A stretch of 64,000 nucleotides of DNA from an uncultured SAR86 cluster bacterium (lineage in GTDB: Bacteria; Pseudomonadota; Gammaproteobacteria; Magnimaribacterales; D2472): NCBI GenBank assembly GCA_902520725.1, contig CABYPB010000005.1, positions 1,612-65,611 on the forward strand. The letters run 5' to 3'. The position numbers and the translations under genes were made by a program. This document shows positions 21,103 to 30,816 of this stretch, piece after piece; position 1 is the first letter of the stretch; every line of letters starts with the position of its first letter. The notes below the pieces were generated by a model. That model worked only from the letters and a program-made list of their open reading frames with translations. It had not been told where the DNA came from and did not search any database.

Positions 21103-22139
21103 TATGGTAAATATTTTTTAAGATTATTATTGAAATATTTTCCTCTTTCAGAATAATTCTTAAAATCATTCCCACTTGGGTAACCAGGCGAAAAAAGAAT
21201 ATTTTTTGAATTATTACTATCATAAATACAATTCAATGCGTCATCTAAAGAATTAACAATGACTTTTTTTGGATGATCTATGCATTCAGTAATATTTTTA
21301 GCATGTAGACCAAAAATATATACCCTCTCTGGGCCATCAACTTTGATCTTTCTATACCCCTCTTTTTTTGGATCTCCACAGACTATAAGAGAATATTTTG
21401 ATTTATGAAATAAGTAGTTTGCTTTTTTTAATGCGTAAGATAAAGAGTGATAATTAGTAGATTTTGAATCATTGATTACTGTTTCCGAGATAATTTCATA
21501 TCTATAAGGAAGGTTTTTAAGTTTAATTTTTTTTGGTTTTGATTCTGTTATCCATTCAAAAAGTTTATATGGATCTGTTTCATAAGAGATTGTTTGTTTT
21601 GCTAGAAGAATTCTTTTCTTTGCTTTATTGTATGAACTTAAATTGCCATGATAATTTAAATGATCAATACCCAAATTAAGCAGAATTCCAAAATCTAATT
21701 TGTTCTCTTTCATTTTATCTAGTTGAAAACTAGACAATTCAATTATTGAAAATGTTCTATCATTATTTATATAGTCGAGCATTGTATTACCAATATTTCC
21801 AATTAAATTAGCAGAATCATAGTGCTCAAATAATTGATTTAAATGATATGCGGTTGTGCTTTTTCTGTTTGTGCCTGTTATACCTATTTTGATAGAAGTA
21901 TCTTCTTTAAAAAAAATATCTAAATCTGTAAATACGTTTTTATTTGCATTTAGTAATTTTCTAAATATGTTTCTTGGAATGCCAGGGCTACAAAAAATCT
22001 CGTCATAGCTATCTAAATTAAGTTCTTTATTGTATCTATCTATATTGTCATCAAATATATCAAAGTTTCTATTTTGTTTTTTTAAATATCTCTCAAAAGA
22101 TTTACCTGTCTCTCCATATCCATATATAAGAGACTTCAC
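21102..22139 (-). CDS. murD: UDP-MurNAc-L-Ala--D-Glu ligase (reduced, 345 aa)
   Basis: SPGI, GITGTNRKSTT, GNIG, ELSSFQL, DHLNYH, NDSKSTN and LFSPG motifs; located between mraY and ftsW. Confidence 0.9.
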   Translation of the reverse strand: MKSLIYGYGETGKSFERYLKKQNRNFDIFDDNIDRYNKELNLDSYDEIFCSPGIPRNIFRKLLNANKNVFTDLDIFFKEDTSIKIGITGTNRKSTTAYHLNQLFEHYDSANLIGNIGNTMLDYINNDRTFSIIELSSFQLDKMKENKLDFGILLNLGIDHLNYHGNLSSYNKAKKRILLAKQTISYETDPYKLFEWITESKPKKIKLKNLPYRYEIISETVINDSKSTNYHSLSYALKKANYLFHKSKYSLIVCGDPKKEGYRKIKVDGPERVYIFGLHAKNITECIDHPKKVIVNSLDDALNCIYDSNNSKNILFSPGYPSGNDFKNYSERGKYFNNNLKKYLP

Positions 22140-22145
22140 CTGGAC

Positions 22146-23231
22146 TTACCTTAATTTTAAAGTAGCTAGAGCAATGAGAATTAGAACAAGTGTAACTATC
22201 CAAAAACGAACAATAATCTTAGGCTCTGCCCAACCTTTTAATTCATAATGATGGTGAATTGGTGCCATAAGAAATACTCTTTTGCCTCGAGTTTTATATG
22301 AAATAACTTGAATTGCTACACTAAGAGTTTCTATAACAAATACACCTGCCATAATTGCAAAAACTAGCTCGTGTCTAAGAATAATAGCTATGATTCCGAG
22401 AATTGCTCCAAGAGCTAAAGAGCCAATGTCTCCCATAAATATTTGGGCTGGGTAAGTGTTGTACCACAAAAAACCTATTCCAGAGCCAATTAGAGCTCCA
22501 CAAAAGACTATTAATTCTCCAGATAGAGGCAGATGAGGCAAATATAAATAATCAGATATTAGTTGGTTGCCCATTGCATATGCTATAAGACCCAATGCTC
22601 CTCCAATTAAAACAGAAGGCAAAATTGCTAAGCCATCTAATCCATCAGTCAAATTTACTGCATTAGAGGATCCAATTAGAACAAACATACCAGTAAAGAT
22701 AAATATAAAAGGTGACATGGGTATAATTAAATCTTTAAAGAATGGCACAATAAAAGAAGTCTCTGGAATTATTTCTGCTGAATAATATAAATAACTCATT
22801 GCCAGAAATGCTATTAATGATTGAAAGATTATTTTTTGCTTTGATGATAATCCATCCGAATTCTTTTTTTTAATCTTTAAGTAATCATCAAAAAAACCAA
22901 TAAGAGAAAATCCAATCGTTACAGAGAGAACAACCCAAATGTATCTATTACCTAAATCAGCCCAAAGAAGGGTGGAAATAATTAATGATGATAAAATTAA
23001 TAATCCTCCCATGGTAGGAGTTCCAGTTTTTTTATAGTGTGATTCAGGGCCATCCTGCCTGACATATTGTTCAAACTGCATTGATTTTAAAAAGCTTATA
23101 ATGGCTGGTCCTAATATGATAGATATAAGCAAGGCTGTAAGGGTGCCACCTATAGTTCTTACAGTCAGGTATCTTAAAACATCAAAGCCTGGATCAACTG
23201 AAACAAGCACTGTTCCTAAATATTCAAACAT
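22146..23231 (-). CDS. mraY: Phospho-MurNAc-pentapeptide transferase
   Basis: GTPTMGG, NAVNLTDGLDGL, FMGDIGS and MAPIHHHYE motifs. Confidence 0.99.
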   Translation of the reverse strand: MFEYLGTVLVSVDPGFDVLRYLTVRTIGGTLTALLISIILGPAIISFLKSMQFEQYVRQDGPESHYKKTGTPTMGGLLILSSLIISTLLWADLGNRYIWVVLSVTIGFSLIGFFDDYLKIKKKNSDGLSSKQKIIFQSLIAFLAMSYLYYSAEIIPETSFIVPFFKDLIIPMSPFIFIFTGMFVLIGSSNAVNLTDGLDGLAILPSVLIGGALGLIAYAMGNQLISDYLYLPHLPLSGELIVFCGALIGSGIGFLWYNTYPAQIFMGDIGSLALGAILGIIAIILRHELVFAIMAGVFVIETLSVAIQVISYKTRGKRVFLMAPIHHHYELKGWAEPKIIVRFWIVTLVLILIALATLKLR

Positions 23232-24564
23232 TTATAAACCTCTCCATTTTCATTCCTCTAGAACCTTTAATTAAGATAACATCTTTTGAAGTGATATTTT
23301 TTTTTAAGTAGCTCTTTAATAAATCCTCGTTATTAAAAAAAATTCCCTTTCTACCAAATGCCTCAGTTATTTCTTTTGCTAATTCACCATATCCTAAAAC
23401 CACATTAATCCCTTTAGCTTTTGCATATTCCCCCACCTCTCTATGCAGTTTCTTTTTGAATTTTCCTAACTCAAACATATCTCCAATTACTAAGACAGTA
23501 TTTTTTTTATATTTACTTAATAAATCAATAGATTTCTTTGACGAATCTGGATTAGCATTATATGTATCATTAATTAAAAGTGAACCGTTAAGCCATTTTG
23601 ATTTTATCTGTCTTACATTTTTTATTCTTTTCGAATTTATCCTTGAAGCGAAGGTATCTAAATTTTTATCTAAACAATAATGAACTGCAAAACTAGACAA
23701 TATATTTTTTATATTATGTTCTCCCTCTAAAGAAGTTTTTATCTGAATATCTTTATCAATTAACTTAGATAAAACCTTAAAATGCATTCCATCTTTTTTA
23801 TATCTAATATCACTTGCAAAAAAATCAGCACTTTTTGTCATCCCAAAGGTATAAATATTAATATCATTTCTGATAAGCCTCCAATGACTTAAATGATTCT
23901 TATTTTCATTAGGAACAATAAGATATCCATTCTTTTTTATGTTATGAACTATTTCTGATTTAACAGTTAATACGCCATTAATATTCTTTAATGTTTCAAG
24001 ATGAGAACTTCCAATATTTGTAATCACACCAACAATAGGTTTAAGGATCTTACTTAAATAATTTATATCTCCAATCTTAGACGCTCCGATTTCCAAGACA
24101 ATATTTTTTGATTTAGATGATGTATTTATTATGCTTAAAGGCATCCCAATCTCATTATTAAAATTTCCTATGGTTTTTGAGGTGTTACTTAAAGAATTTG
24201 CAAGAATATTAGTTGTGCTTGTCTTTCCATTGCTTCCTGTAATTGCTATAACGTTACCCTTATATTTCTTGATAATATTTTTTGCAATTTTCTTTAAAGC
24301 AGTAATGGTATTCGCAACATAAATAATATTTTTTTTTCTTGTCTTTAAAAATCTTTTATTATCCACAAGAGCTATAGATGCACCTTTTGAAAGAGCCTCA
24401 CCAACAAAATTATTACCATCGAATCTAGCACCTTTTACTGCAATAAATAGTGATTCTTTTTTTATAGTTCTTGTATCTATTGAAATATTCTTGATAGGAA
24501 TATCTTTAGCAATCTTTAAATCTAAATAAACTGACAAATCATTAGAGTTATTTATATATTTCAT
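23224..24564 (-). CDS. murF: UDP-MurNAc-tripeptide--D-Ala-D-Ala ligase
   Basis: ITGSNGKTST, NFNNEIGMP, DTYNANP and LIKGSRGMKME motifs. Confidence 0.96.
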   Translation of the reverse strand: MKYINNSNDLSVYLDLKIAKDIPIKNISIDTRTIKKESLFIAVKGARFDGNNFVGEALSKGASIALVDNKRFLKTRKKNIIYVANTITALKKIAKNIIKKYKGNVIAITGSNGKTSTTNILANSLSNTSKTIGNFNNEIGMPLSIINTSSKSKNIVLEIGASKIGDINYLSKILKPIVGVITNIGSSHLETLKNINGVLTVKSEIVHNIKKNGYLIVPNENKNHLSHWRLIRNDINIYTFGMTKSADFFASDIRYKKDGMHFKVLSKLIDKDIQIKTSLEGEHNIKNILSSFAVHYCLDKNLDTFASRINSKRIKNVRQIKSKWLNGSLLINDTYNANPDSSKKSIDLLSKYKKNTVLVIGDMFELGKFKKKLHREVGEYAKAKGINVVLGYGELAKEITEAFGRKGIFFNNEDLLKSYLKKNITSKDVILIKGSRGMKMERFINV

Positions 24565-26014
24565 TTATAACCTCATGATCACTAAAAAAATTTGTTTTAT
24601 TTTTTTCTTCTTGTGTTTCTTCATGACCCTTTCCAAGAATTACTAAACATCCATTATTTGGCAGAATTTTAGAAGCATGTATTATTGCCTCTTCTCTATC
24701 TTTTATCTTCACAACATCTTCAATATTATTATTCTGAGCGGCATCTGTAAAAATATTTTCAAAGTCTTCGGACCTTGAATTATCTGATGTAAAGATTACT
24801 TTTGAGGAGCTTTTAATAGCAGCTTCAAGCATCTTTGTTCTTTTAGATTTGTCTCTATCGCCACCACATCCAAAAACCACTACCAAATTTTTATAATAAT
24901 CTCTTATTGATGATAAAAAATTATCAATAGCCTCTGGATTATGAGCATAATCAATAATGACGTTTGAAGGTATATCCCTTATTACCTCACATCTCCCTTT
25001 GGGTAAATTTAAAAAGGATAGATCATTTATTATATTTTCCTCAAACTTATCGAACCCAATTGAACAAATTGAAAATATAAGATTGTGAATATTAAATTCT
25101 GGAAATAGATTGCAAGAAAAATTATATTTCTTTTTTTTAATATTTTGATAAACATTAGGCGGTTTATTTACACTTATGTAAAAGAATGTCTTGTGAGGTG
25201 ACATTTCTGTAATTCTAAAAAAAATGTCGGAGAAATTATTTTTATTACTAATGGTGGTCAATTTATATTCATCATTTTGAACAAAATCATAATCATCTTT
25301 ATACTTGGAAGAATCTTCATCTATAAGTTTTATAGAAGAATGCATCTTATAGATTTCAAACTTTGCATCTCTATAAGATGCAATATCTTTATGATAATCT
25401 AAGTGATCGCTCGTTATATTTAATATAGAAGTTGAATTAAACCAACCAATGTTACTAACCCTTTTTTGATCTAACGCATGAGAGGAAATCTCGATGCATA
25501 TGTTTCCAGCATCCTCAAATTTATTATTATTAAGAATATTAAACAATTCAAAGATATCTGGAGTGGTTTTTGTTGAAAATGTATTGTTGAATTTATTCTG
25601 ATTAAACTGAATACCTAAAGTTCCTACATACAAAGATTCATAGCCAAACTTTATTAGTAATTGGTGGCAAAGATATGCAGCTGAACTCTTGCCGTTAGTT
25701 CCTGTGAATCCGAAGAAATTGTTATTGCTAATATCGATGTCATATAAAGCGTTAAGAAAATTAACAATTCTATCTTCAAGATCTTTTATATAGAAAATAT
25801 CATCATTATTTATATGTGCATTTGAGTCATTGTGAACAACTAAAGATGCTCCCATATTCAGTGCATCTTCAGAGTATTTGCTTCCATGTTCTTTAACTCC
25901 GGGCAAACCAAAGAATATTGACCCTTTCTTTACTTTCTTTGAGGAATTTGTAGCTTCAAGAATTTTAGTCCCTTTTTTAAAATTAATTCCTAAAATATTT
26001 TCTAGTTCACTCAT
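24548..26014 (-). CDS. murE: UDP-MurNAc-dipeptide--mDAP ligase
   Basis: TGTNGKSS, TTPD, EISSHALDQ, DYAHNP, FGCGGDRD and DNSR motifs. Confidence 0.95.
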   Translation of the reverse strand: MSELENILGINFKKGTKILEATNSSKKVKKGSIFFGLPGVKEHGSKYSEDALNMGASLVVHNDSNAHINNDDIFYIKDLEDRIVNFLNALYDIDISNNNFFGFTGTNGKSSAAYLCHQLLIKFGYESLYVGTLGIQFNQNKFNNTFSTKTTPDIFELFNILNNNKFEDAGNICIEISSHALDQKRVSNIGWFNSTSILNITSDHLDYHKDIASYRDAKFEIYKMHSSIKLIDEDSSKYKDDYDFVQNDEYKLTTISNKNNFSDIFFRITEMSPHKTFFYISVNKPPNVYQNIKKKKYNFSCNLFPEFNIHNLIFSICSIGFDKFEENIINDLSFLNLPKGRCEVIRDIPSNVIIDYAHNPEAIDNFLSSIRDYYKNLVVVFGCGGDRDKSKRTKMLEAAIKSSSKVIFTSDNSRSEDFENIFTDAAQNNNIEDVVKIKDREEAIIHASKILPNNGCLVILGKGHEETQEEKNKTNFFSDHEVINEIYK

Positions 26015-27626
26015 CTTGAAAATATCCTAAATGGTTTAGTGAGCTTTCAGCAATCTTTGCAAAAACTGGTGCTGCAACTGCTCCTCCTGTATAAGAATTA
26101 AGTCCTGGATTTTCTATAGAAACAAATATAGTTAATGATTGATCGCTTATTGGAGTTATCCCAACAAAAGAAGCTATATATAGATCTTCAGCATACCCTG
26201 ATCCTGTTCTAGTTTGATGGGCTGTTCCAGTTTTACCTCCTACAGAAAAACCTTTGATTTTTGCTGTTTTTCCTGTGCCGTCTTCTACTACCATTCTCAA
26301 GGCATCAAGAATATGACTGGCTGATTCAGAAGATATAATTTTTTGAGACGTAGCTTCTTGATTTTTAAATATCTGGAAATCTTTTATTACTCCATTATTT
26401 GCAAATACTGAATACGCTGATGCTATTTGAAAAGGACTCACCTTAATTCCATAACCATAGCCCAAACTTGCAAGTTCTTTATCTAAAACTTTCTCCTTAA
26501 CATTCATATATCCAAAAGAGCTAGAGGGAAAATTAATTGATATTGGTTTTGTAAATCCAAAATCATAATAATTTTTTTTCAAATCTTTATAACCAAGCTC
26601 TAAGGCTATTTTTGATGCTCCAACTTGACTGCTAACAGCAATAATTTCCTTTGGAGTTAACTCTATATGATTTTTAGAATCTATAATAACTTTATCATTC
26701 AAATTTAATCTTCTTGGAATATCAACAAGTTCATCAGGCAAAAATAATTCGTTATCGAATGCTTTTGATAAAACTATTGGCTTTAGAACTGATCCAAGCT
26801 CATATGCCTCTACAAGAGCTCTATTTTTTTGAATTTTTCTTTGAGGATTATTTGGGTTATAAGAAGGATAACTTGCCATGGCAAGTAACTCACCTTTTTT
26901 ATTATCTAATATAATAACTGTTCCTGATTTAGCTTTATTTTTCTTTATTGCCTCTGCGAGATATTTATATGAATAAAACTGCAAAGTTGCATCAATTGTT
27001 AAATGAATATCTTCTCCTTGAACTGTCTTAATAACTTCTAAAGGTTGAGAAATAATTTCCTGTTTTGCATTTTTAAAGAATTTTTGTTTGCCATTAATCC
27101 CTGATAAAACATTGTCATAACTTTTTTCAAGACCTTCTTGAGCTCCATCTGTACCGTAAAAACCTATTAAAGTTGCTATTTGTTCACCCAATGGATAATG
27201 CCTGCTGTGTCTTACTTCGATCTCAAAATTGCGAAGATTTGATTTTTTTATACTTAGAATTTCATTATTTGATAAGCCTTTCTTTAAAATTGTTTTTTTA
27301 ATGAAAATATCTTTATTTATATCAACATCAATATCTATAACTTCTGCAACACTTAAGAGCTGAGATTTTTTAAAACCACGCAACGCATAAAGATCATAAT
27401 TTACTATTGAAACAGCTAATGGAAAATTATTTCTATCAAATATAGTACCCCTGACAGGATTTATATCTTTGTACTTTATATATCTTTTATTACCTTCATC
27501 TTGAAGAAAACTACTATCAATAAATTGAATAGATAAAACTTTAAAAACAATTGCTATTAATGCACAAATTACTGCAGAGGATATTAATAAAAACCTCCAG
27601 TTCAATAATATATTTTTATTATTCAT
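26007..27626 (-). CDS. ftsI: Septal transpeptidase PBP3
   Basis: RGTIFDRN, GLEKSYD, SVLK (SxxK) and KTGT motifs; the SxN position reads SSQ. Confidence 0.95.
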   Translation of the reverse strand: MNNKNILLNWRFLLISSAVICALIAIVFKVLSIQFIDSSFLQDEGNKRYIKYKDINPVRGTIFDRNNFPLAVSIVNYDLYALRGFKKSQLLSVAEVIDIDVDINKDIFIKKTILKKGLSNNEILSIKKSNLRNFEIEVRHSRHYPLGEQIATLIGFYGTDGAQEGLEKSYDNVLSGINGKQKFFKNAKQEIISQPLEVIKTVQGEDIHLTIDATLQFYSYKYLAEAIKKNKAKSGTVIILDNKKGELLAMASYPSYNPNNPQRKIQKNRALVEAYELGSVLKPIVLSKAFDNELFLPDELVDIPRRLNLNDKVIIDSKNHIELTPKEIIAVSSQVGASKIALELGYKDLKKNYYDFGFTKPISINFPSSSFGYMNVKEKVLDKELASLGYGYGIKVSPFQIASAYSVFANNGVIKDFQIFKNQEATSQKIISSESASHILDALRMVVEDGTGKTAKIKGFSVGGKTGTAHQTRTGSGYAEDLYIASFVGITPISDQSLTIFVSIENPGLNSYTGGAVAAPVFAKIAESSLNHLGYFQDE

Positions 27627-27891
27627 TTAACGTTATTCTTTTTGGATTTTTCTTTTCCATCAAAAGAGACTCTTTAGCAGCTTTTTCAATGCTGGCAGGA
27701 GAATTTTCTATATGATATTGTGTTACCAGTCTTAAATTTAAATCTTTAAGATTCTCATTTTCAACTCTAAAATTTTCATAATTATTGTGTAAAGTTCTTA
27801 CTTCCCATGAAAGTTTTATCTTTTCTATACTCAGAATTAAGATAATAACTGTTAATCCCGAAATACTTGCCATCATTTTTCTTGTTATCAT
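27619..27891 (-). CDS. ftsL: Cell division protein FtsL
   Basis: 90 aa with TM plus coiled coil, between rsmH and ftsI, with coupled start/stop overlaps. Confidence 0.75.
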   Translation of the reverse strand: MITRKMMASISGLTVIILILSIEKIKLSWEVRTLHNNYENFRVENENLKDLNLRLVTQYHIENSPASIEKAAKESLLMEKKNPKRITLNE

Positions 27892-28781
27892 ATCTTTTGA
27901 AATGCTCTCATAATTGCGCTTCTTGATCTTGAGTTATCTTTTTGCTCTCTATCAGAAGGCCTAATTTTTTTTGCTATACACTTAAAATTTTTTTCTTTAA
28001 TATTATTTAAAGGTATATCTTTAGGAAAGGATTTAAAAGAGGGTTTAAAGAAGTTTTTTATAATATTGTCCTCAAGAGAATGAAATGCAATAGTCACAAT
28101 TATTCCATCTTTTTTTAAGATATTTTTTGCGGTATTTAAGGATAATTTAAATTCTTCAAGCTCATCATTAATGAATATCCGAAATGCTTGAAAAGATTTT
28201 GTTGCAGGATGTATTTTCTTTTTTTTCTCAGGATATTTTTGACTAATAATTTCCGCAAGCTGGCATGTCCTTAGAATTGGTTTCCTTTTTCTTTCATCCT
28301 CAATTGTTTTTGCAATAAGCTTTGCATGCTTTTCATCACCATACTTATATAGGACTGAAATAATTTCTTCTAGAGGAGCATTATTTAACCAGTCTGAGAG
28401 TGAATTACCTTTTGTATTATCAAAACGCATATCAAGAGGGCCATCTTTATTAAAACTAAAACCTCTTTCTGAATTATCAAAATGAGTCGAGCAAGTTCCT
28501 AAGTCATAAAGAATCCCGTCTATACTTTCTGTTTTGAAGTACTTATTAAAGTTTTTAAATGAGTCATGATAGATTTTGAAATTAGGTTGCTTGTATTTTG
28601 AAGCAAATCTTACAGCATCTGGATCTTTATCAAATGCAGATAAAAAACCTTTGATAGAAATTTTATCTAGAATTAAGTCTGAATGACCACCTCTACCAAA
28701 TGTTCCATCTATGTAGAGTCCATCTTTATCATGAATTAAGAAATCAATAGACTCTTCCAGTAAAACTGGAAAATGAAGCAT
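27888..28781 (-). CDS. rsmH: 16S rRNA m4C1402 methyltransferase
   Basis: HFPVLL, DGTFGRGGHS, RGFSF..DGPLDMR, HPATKSFQA and FHSLED motifs. Confidence 0.97.
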   Translation of the reverse strand: MLHFPVLLEESIDFLIHDKDGLYIDGTFGRGGHSDLILDKISIKGFLSAFDKDPDAVRFASKYKQPNFKIYHDSFKNFNKYFKTESIDGILYDLGTCSTHFDNSERGFSFNKDGPLDMRFDNTKGNSLSDWLNNAPLEEIISVLYKYGDEKHAKLIAKTIEDERKRKPILRTCQLAEIISQKYPEKKKKIHPATKSFQAFRIFINDELEEFKLSLNTAKNILKKDGIIVTIAFHSLEDNIIKNFFKPSFKSFPKDIPLNNIKEKNFKCIAKKIRPSDREQKDNSRSRSAIMRAFQKI

Positions 28782-28782
28782 A

Positions 28783-29892
28783 CTAATCTACTTGCTTTCT
28801 CATAAAAGTCGGCACATCAAGGAAATCAATTTCCTCTGCAGACGACGTGCCAACTTCCTGATTTGTTCTATTTCTATCTAAGCCAACTGGATTTAAAGTC
28901 ATAGTAGGTTCATTATCAATGACTAATGCTGGAGCTCTTTGATCAACTCCAGTTGCTACGATAGTTACTTTAATATCATCTTTATAACTGTCATCAAAAA
29001 CAAGTCCATAAATTACAAGCGCGTCTTCACTGACAATTTCTTCAACTATATTAGTTACTTCAGTTTGGTCGCCAAGAGTTGGGCTTCTTCCAGTTATATT
29101 CACTAAAATGCCTCTTGCATTTTTAAGATTAATATCATCTAGTAATTCACTTTTAACTGCCATAGTTGCAGCCACTTCTGCCCTATTTTTACCGGTTGCT
29201 ATACCAGTTCCCATCATTGCAGTTCCTTTTTCTGACATTACTGCTCTAACATCGGCAAAGTCAACATTAACATGTCCTCTCTGCATAATAATATCTGAAA
29301 TTCCTTGCACAGCTCCTTTTAAAACATCATCTGATTTTGCAAAAGCATCTGAAATTGGAGTATCTGGACCTAGTATCTCAAGAAGTTTTTCATTTGGTAT
29401 TGTTACCAGACTGTCTACCTCTTCAACCAATGCAGCAAGACCTTTTTCTGCAGCTGCTATTCTTTTCTTTCCTTCAAATTTGAAAGGTTTTGTAACTACT
29501 GCCACAGTAAGTGCTCCTAATTCTTTAGCTATAGACGCAATTACAGGTGCAGCCCCAGTCCCAGTTCCACCTCCCATACCAGCAGTAATGAAAACCATAT
29601 CCGCGCCTGTTAATAATTCTTCAATTGCCACTCTGTCACTTTCTGCTGCTCTTCTTCCAATGTCAGGATCTGCACCAGCGCCTAGGCCTTTTGTAAGACC
29701 ATTTCCTAATTTTAAAGTTATTGCACTTTTTGTTGCACTTAGAGCCTGAGTATCAGTATTTGCACAAATGAAATCAACTCCTGCAATATTATGGTTAATC
29801 ATATGAATAACGGCATTTCCACCACCGCCACCAACGCCAACTACTTTAATCTTAGCGTTTTCTACTTCTTGCTCTATAACTTCAAAATTCAT
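28783..29892 (-). CDS. ftsZ: Cell division protein FtsZ
   Basis: GVGGGGGNA, tubulin signature GGGTGTG, NVDFAD and C-terminal core peptide FLDVPTFMRKQVD. Confidence 0.99.
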   Translation of the reverse strand: MNFEVIEQEVENAKIKVVGVGGGGGNAVIHMINHNIAGVDFICANTDTQALSATKSAITLKLGNGLTKGLGAGADPDIGRRAAESDRVAIEELLTGADMVFITAGMGGGTGTGAAPVIASIAKELGALTVAVVTKPFKFEGKKRIAAAEKGLAALVEEVDSLVTIPNEKLLEILGPDTPISDAFAKSDDVLKGAVQGISDIIMQRGHVNVDFADVRAVMSEKGTAMMGTGIATGKNRAEVAATMAVKSELLDDINLKNARGILVNITGRSPTLGDQTEVTNIVEEIVSEDALVIYGLVFDDSYKDDIKVTIVATGVDQRAPALVIDNEPTMTLNPVGLDRNRTNQEVGTSSAEEIDFLDVPTFMRKQVD

Positions 29893-29905
29893 TTTTTTCC
29901 CCTAA

Positions 29906-30373
29906 TTAAAATGACATAGATTTAATACTTTCAGGAAGAACGATATCAAGGATCTCTGTAGATAAAGAACCTCCAGTTTGTCTCATTTCCCAATTATTTG
30001 TATTCCATATTTCAAATTTGTTTCCCATACCCACTAATGCTATTTGTTTTTGATTTTCTATTTCTGCATATTTTTGGAGGTCACTTGGAATTCGCAAAAG
30101 CATTCTTCCATTTATGTCTATTTCAGATTCATAAGCATTTCCGAGAATTGTCCATTGTATATTTCTGACAACTGGGTCTAAGCCTTGCAAAGACTCTAGT
30201 TTTGTAGAGATATCTTCCCATTCTTTGCCAGGATAAATTTTTAGGGATGGATATTGCGGGTCTTTTGTTATAACAATTTTAGACTGTTTTTGTAATTTAA
30301 AATCAGTTCTATATCTTGCAGGTATTGAGAGCCTGCCCTTTGCATCCAAGGAAACTGTGTTAAAACCAAACAT
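29906..30373 (-). CDS. mraZ: Division/cell wall cluster repressor MraZ
   Basis: Two DxxGR motifs (LDAKGRLSIP, IDINGRM) and LVGMGNKFEIW. Confidence 0.93.
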   Translation of the reverse strand: MFGFNTVSLDAKGRLSIPARYRTDFKLQKQSKIVITKDPQYPSLKIYPGKEWEDISTKLESLQGLDPVVRNIQWTILGNAYESEIDINGRMLLRIPSDLQKYAEIENQKQIALVGMGNKFEIWNTNNWEMRQTGGSLSTEILDIVLPESIKSMSF

Positions 30374-30394
30374 TTATAAAATATAAAGTCTTTT

Positions 30395-30434
30395 TACACA
30401 CATTGCAACACTTTTGCACACTTTTTCACACATT
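30395..30434 (-). repeat. Four direct repeats with a 10-bp period (putative MraZ operator)
   Basis: Minus strand AATGTGTGAA AAAGTGTGCA AAAGTGTTGC AATGTGTGTA, ending about 21 bp upstream of the mraZ ATG. Confidence 0.75.
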
Positions 30435-30466
30435 AAGAGTGTAAAAATTTAAGTATTAAAAAAAAT

Positions 30467-30795
30467 GAGTTGGTTTGTAAGCCGGATTCTGTAAATGATG
30501 ATCATCTATCTCGATATTATGTTGCCATAATACTCTAGCAACCTACCCAAATCCAAAGCGAGCAACTCTATAGGATTTCTATTTGGTTTTGCTTCAGGCT
30601 GGGGTTTGCAATGCCTTAAATGTTACCATTCAAGCGGTAAGCTCTTACCTTACCTTTTCACCCTTACCAAATAAATTGGCGGTATATTTTCTGTTGCACT
30701 ATCCGTAAGCTCACGCCTCCCAGGTGTTACCTGGCGCCCTGCTCTATGAAGTCCGGACTTTCCTCTAATTTAATTAGCGATCATCCAACCAACTC
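30467..30795 (-). ncRNA. rnpB: RNase P RNA (bacterial type A, compact, about 329 nt)
   Basis: GAGGAAAGTCCGG, AGTGCAACAGAAA and ACAGAATCCGGCTTAC conserved regions; complementary ends GAGTTGGTT/AACCAACTC (P1); TATAAT at 30808-30803; located between rsmI and mraZ. Confidence 0.97.
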
Positions 30796-30816
30796 GAGGA
30801 CTATTATAATGATTTT

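Noticed and set aside
29108..29749. 213-aa plus-strand ORF antisense to ftsZ
   Set aside because: Shadow ORF: composition mirrors the antisense codons of a conserved gene, with no motif or RBS
30395..30434. Repeat array considered as a CRISPR or iteron
   Set aside because: 10-bp period with no spacers and no cas or rep genes; position upstream of mraZ explains it
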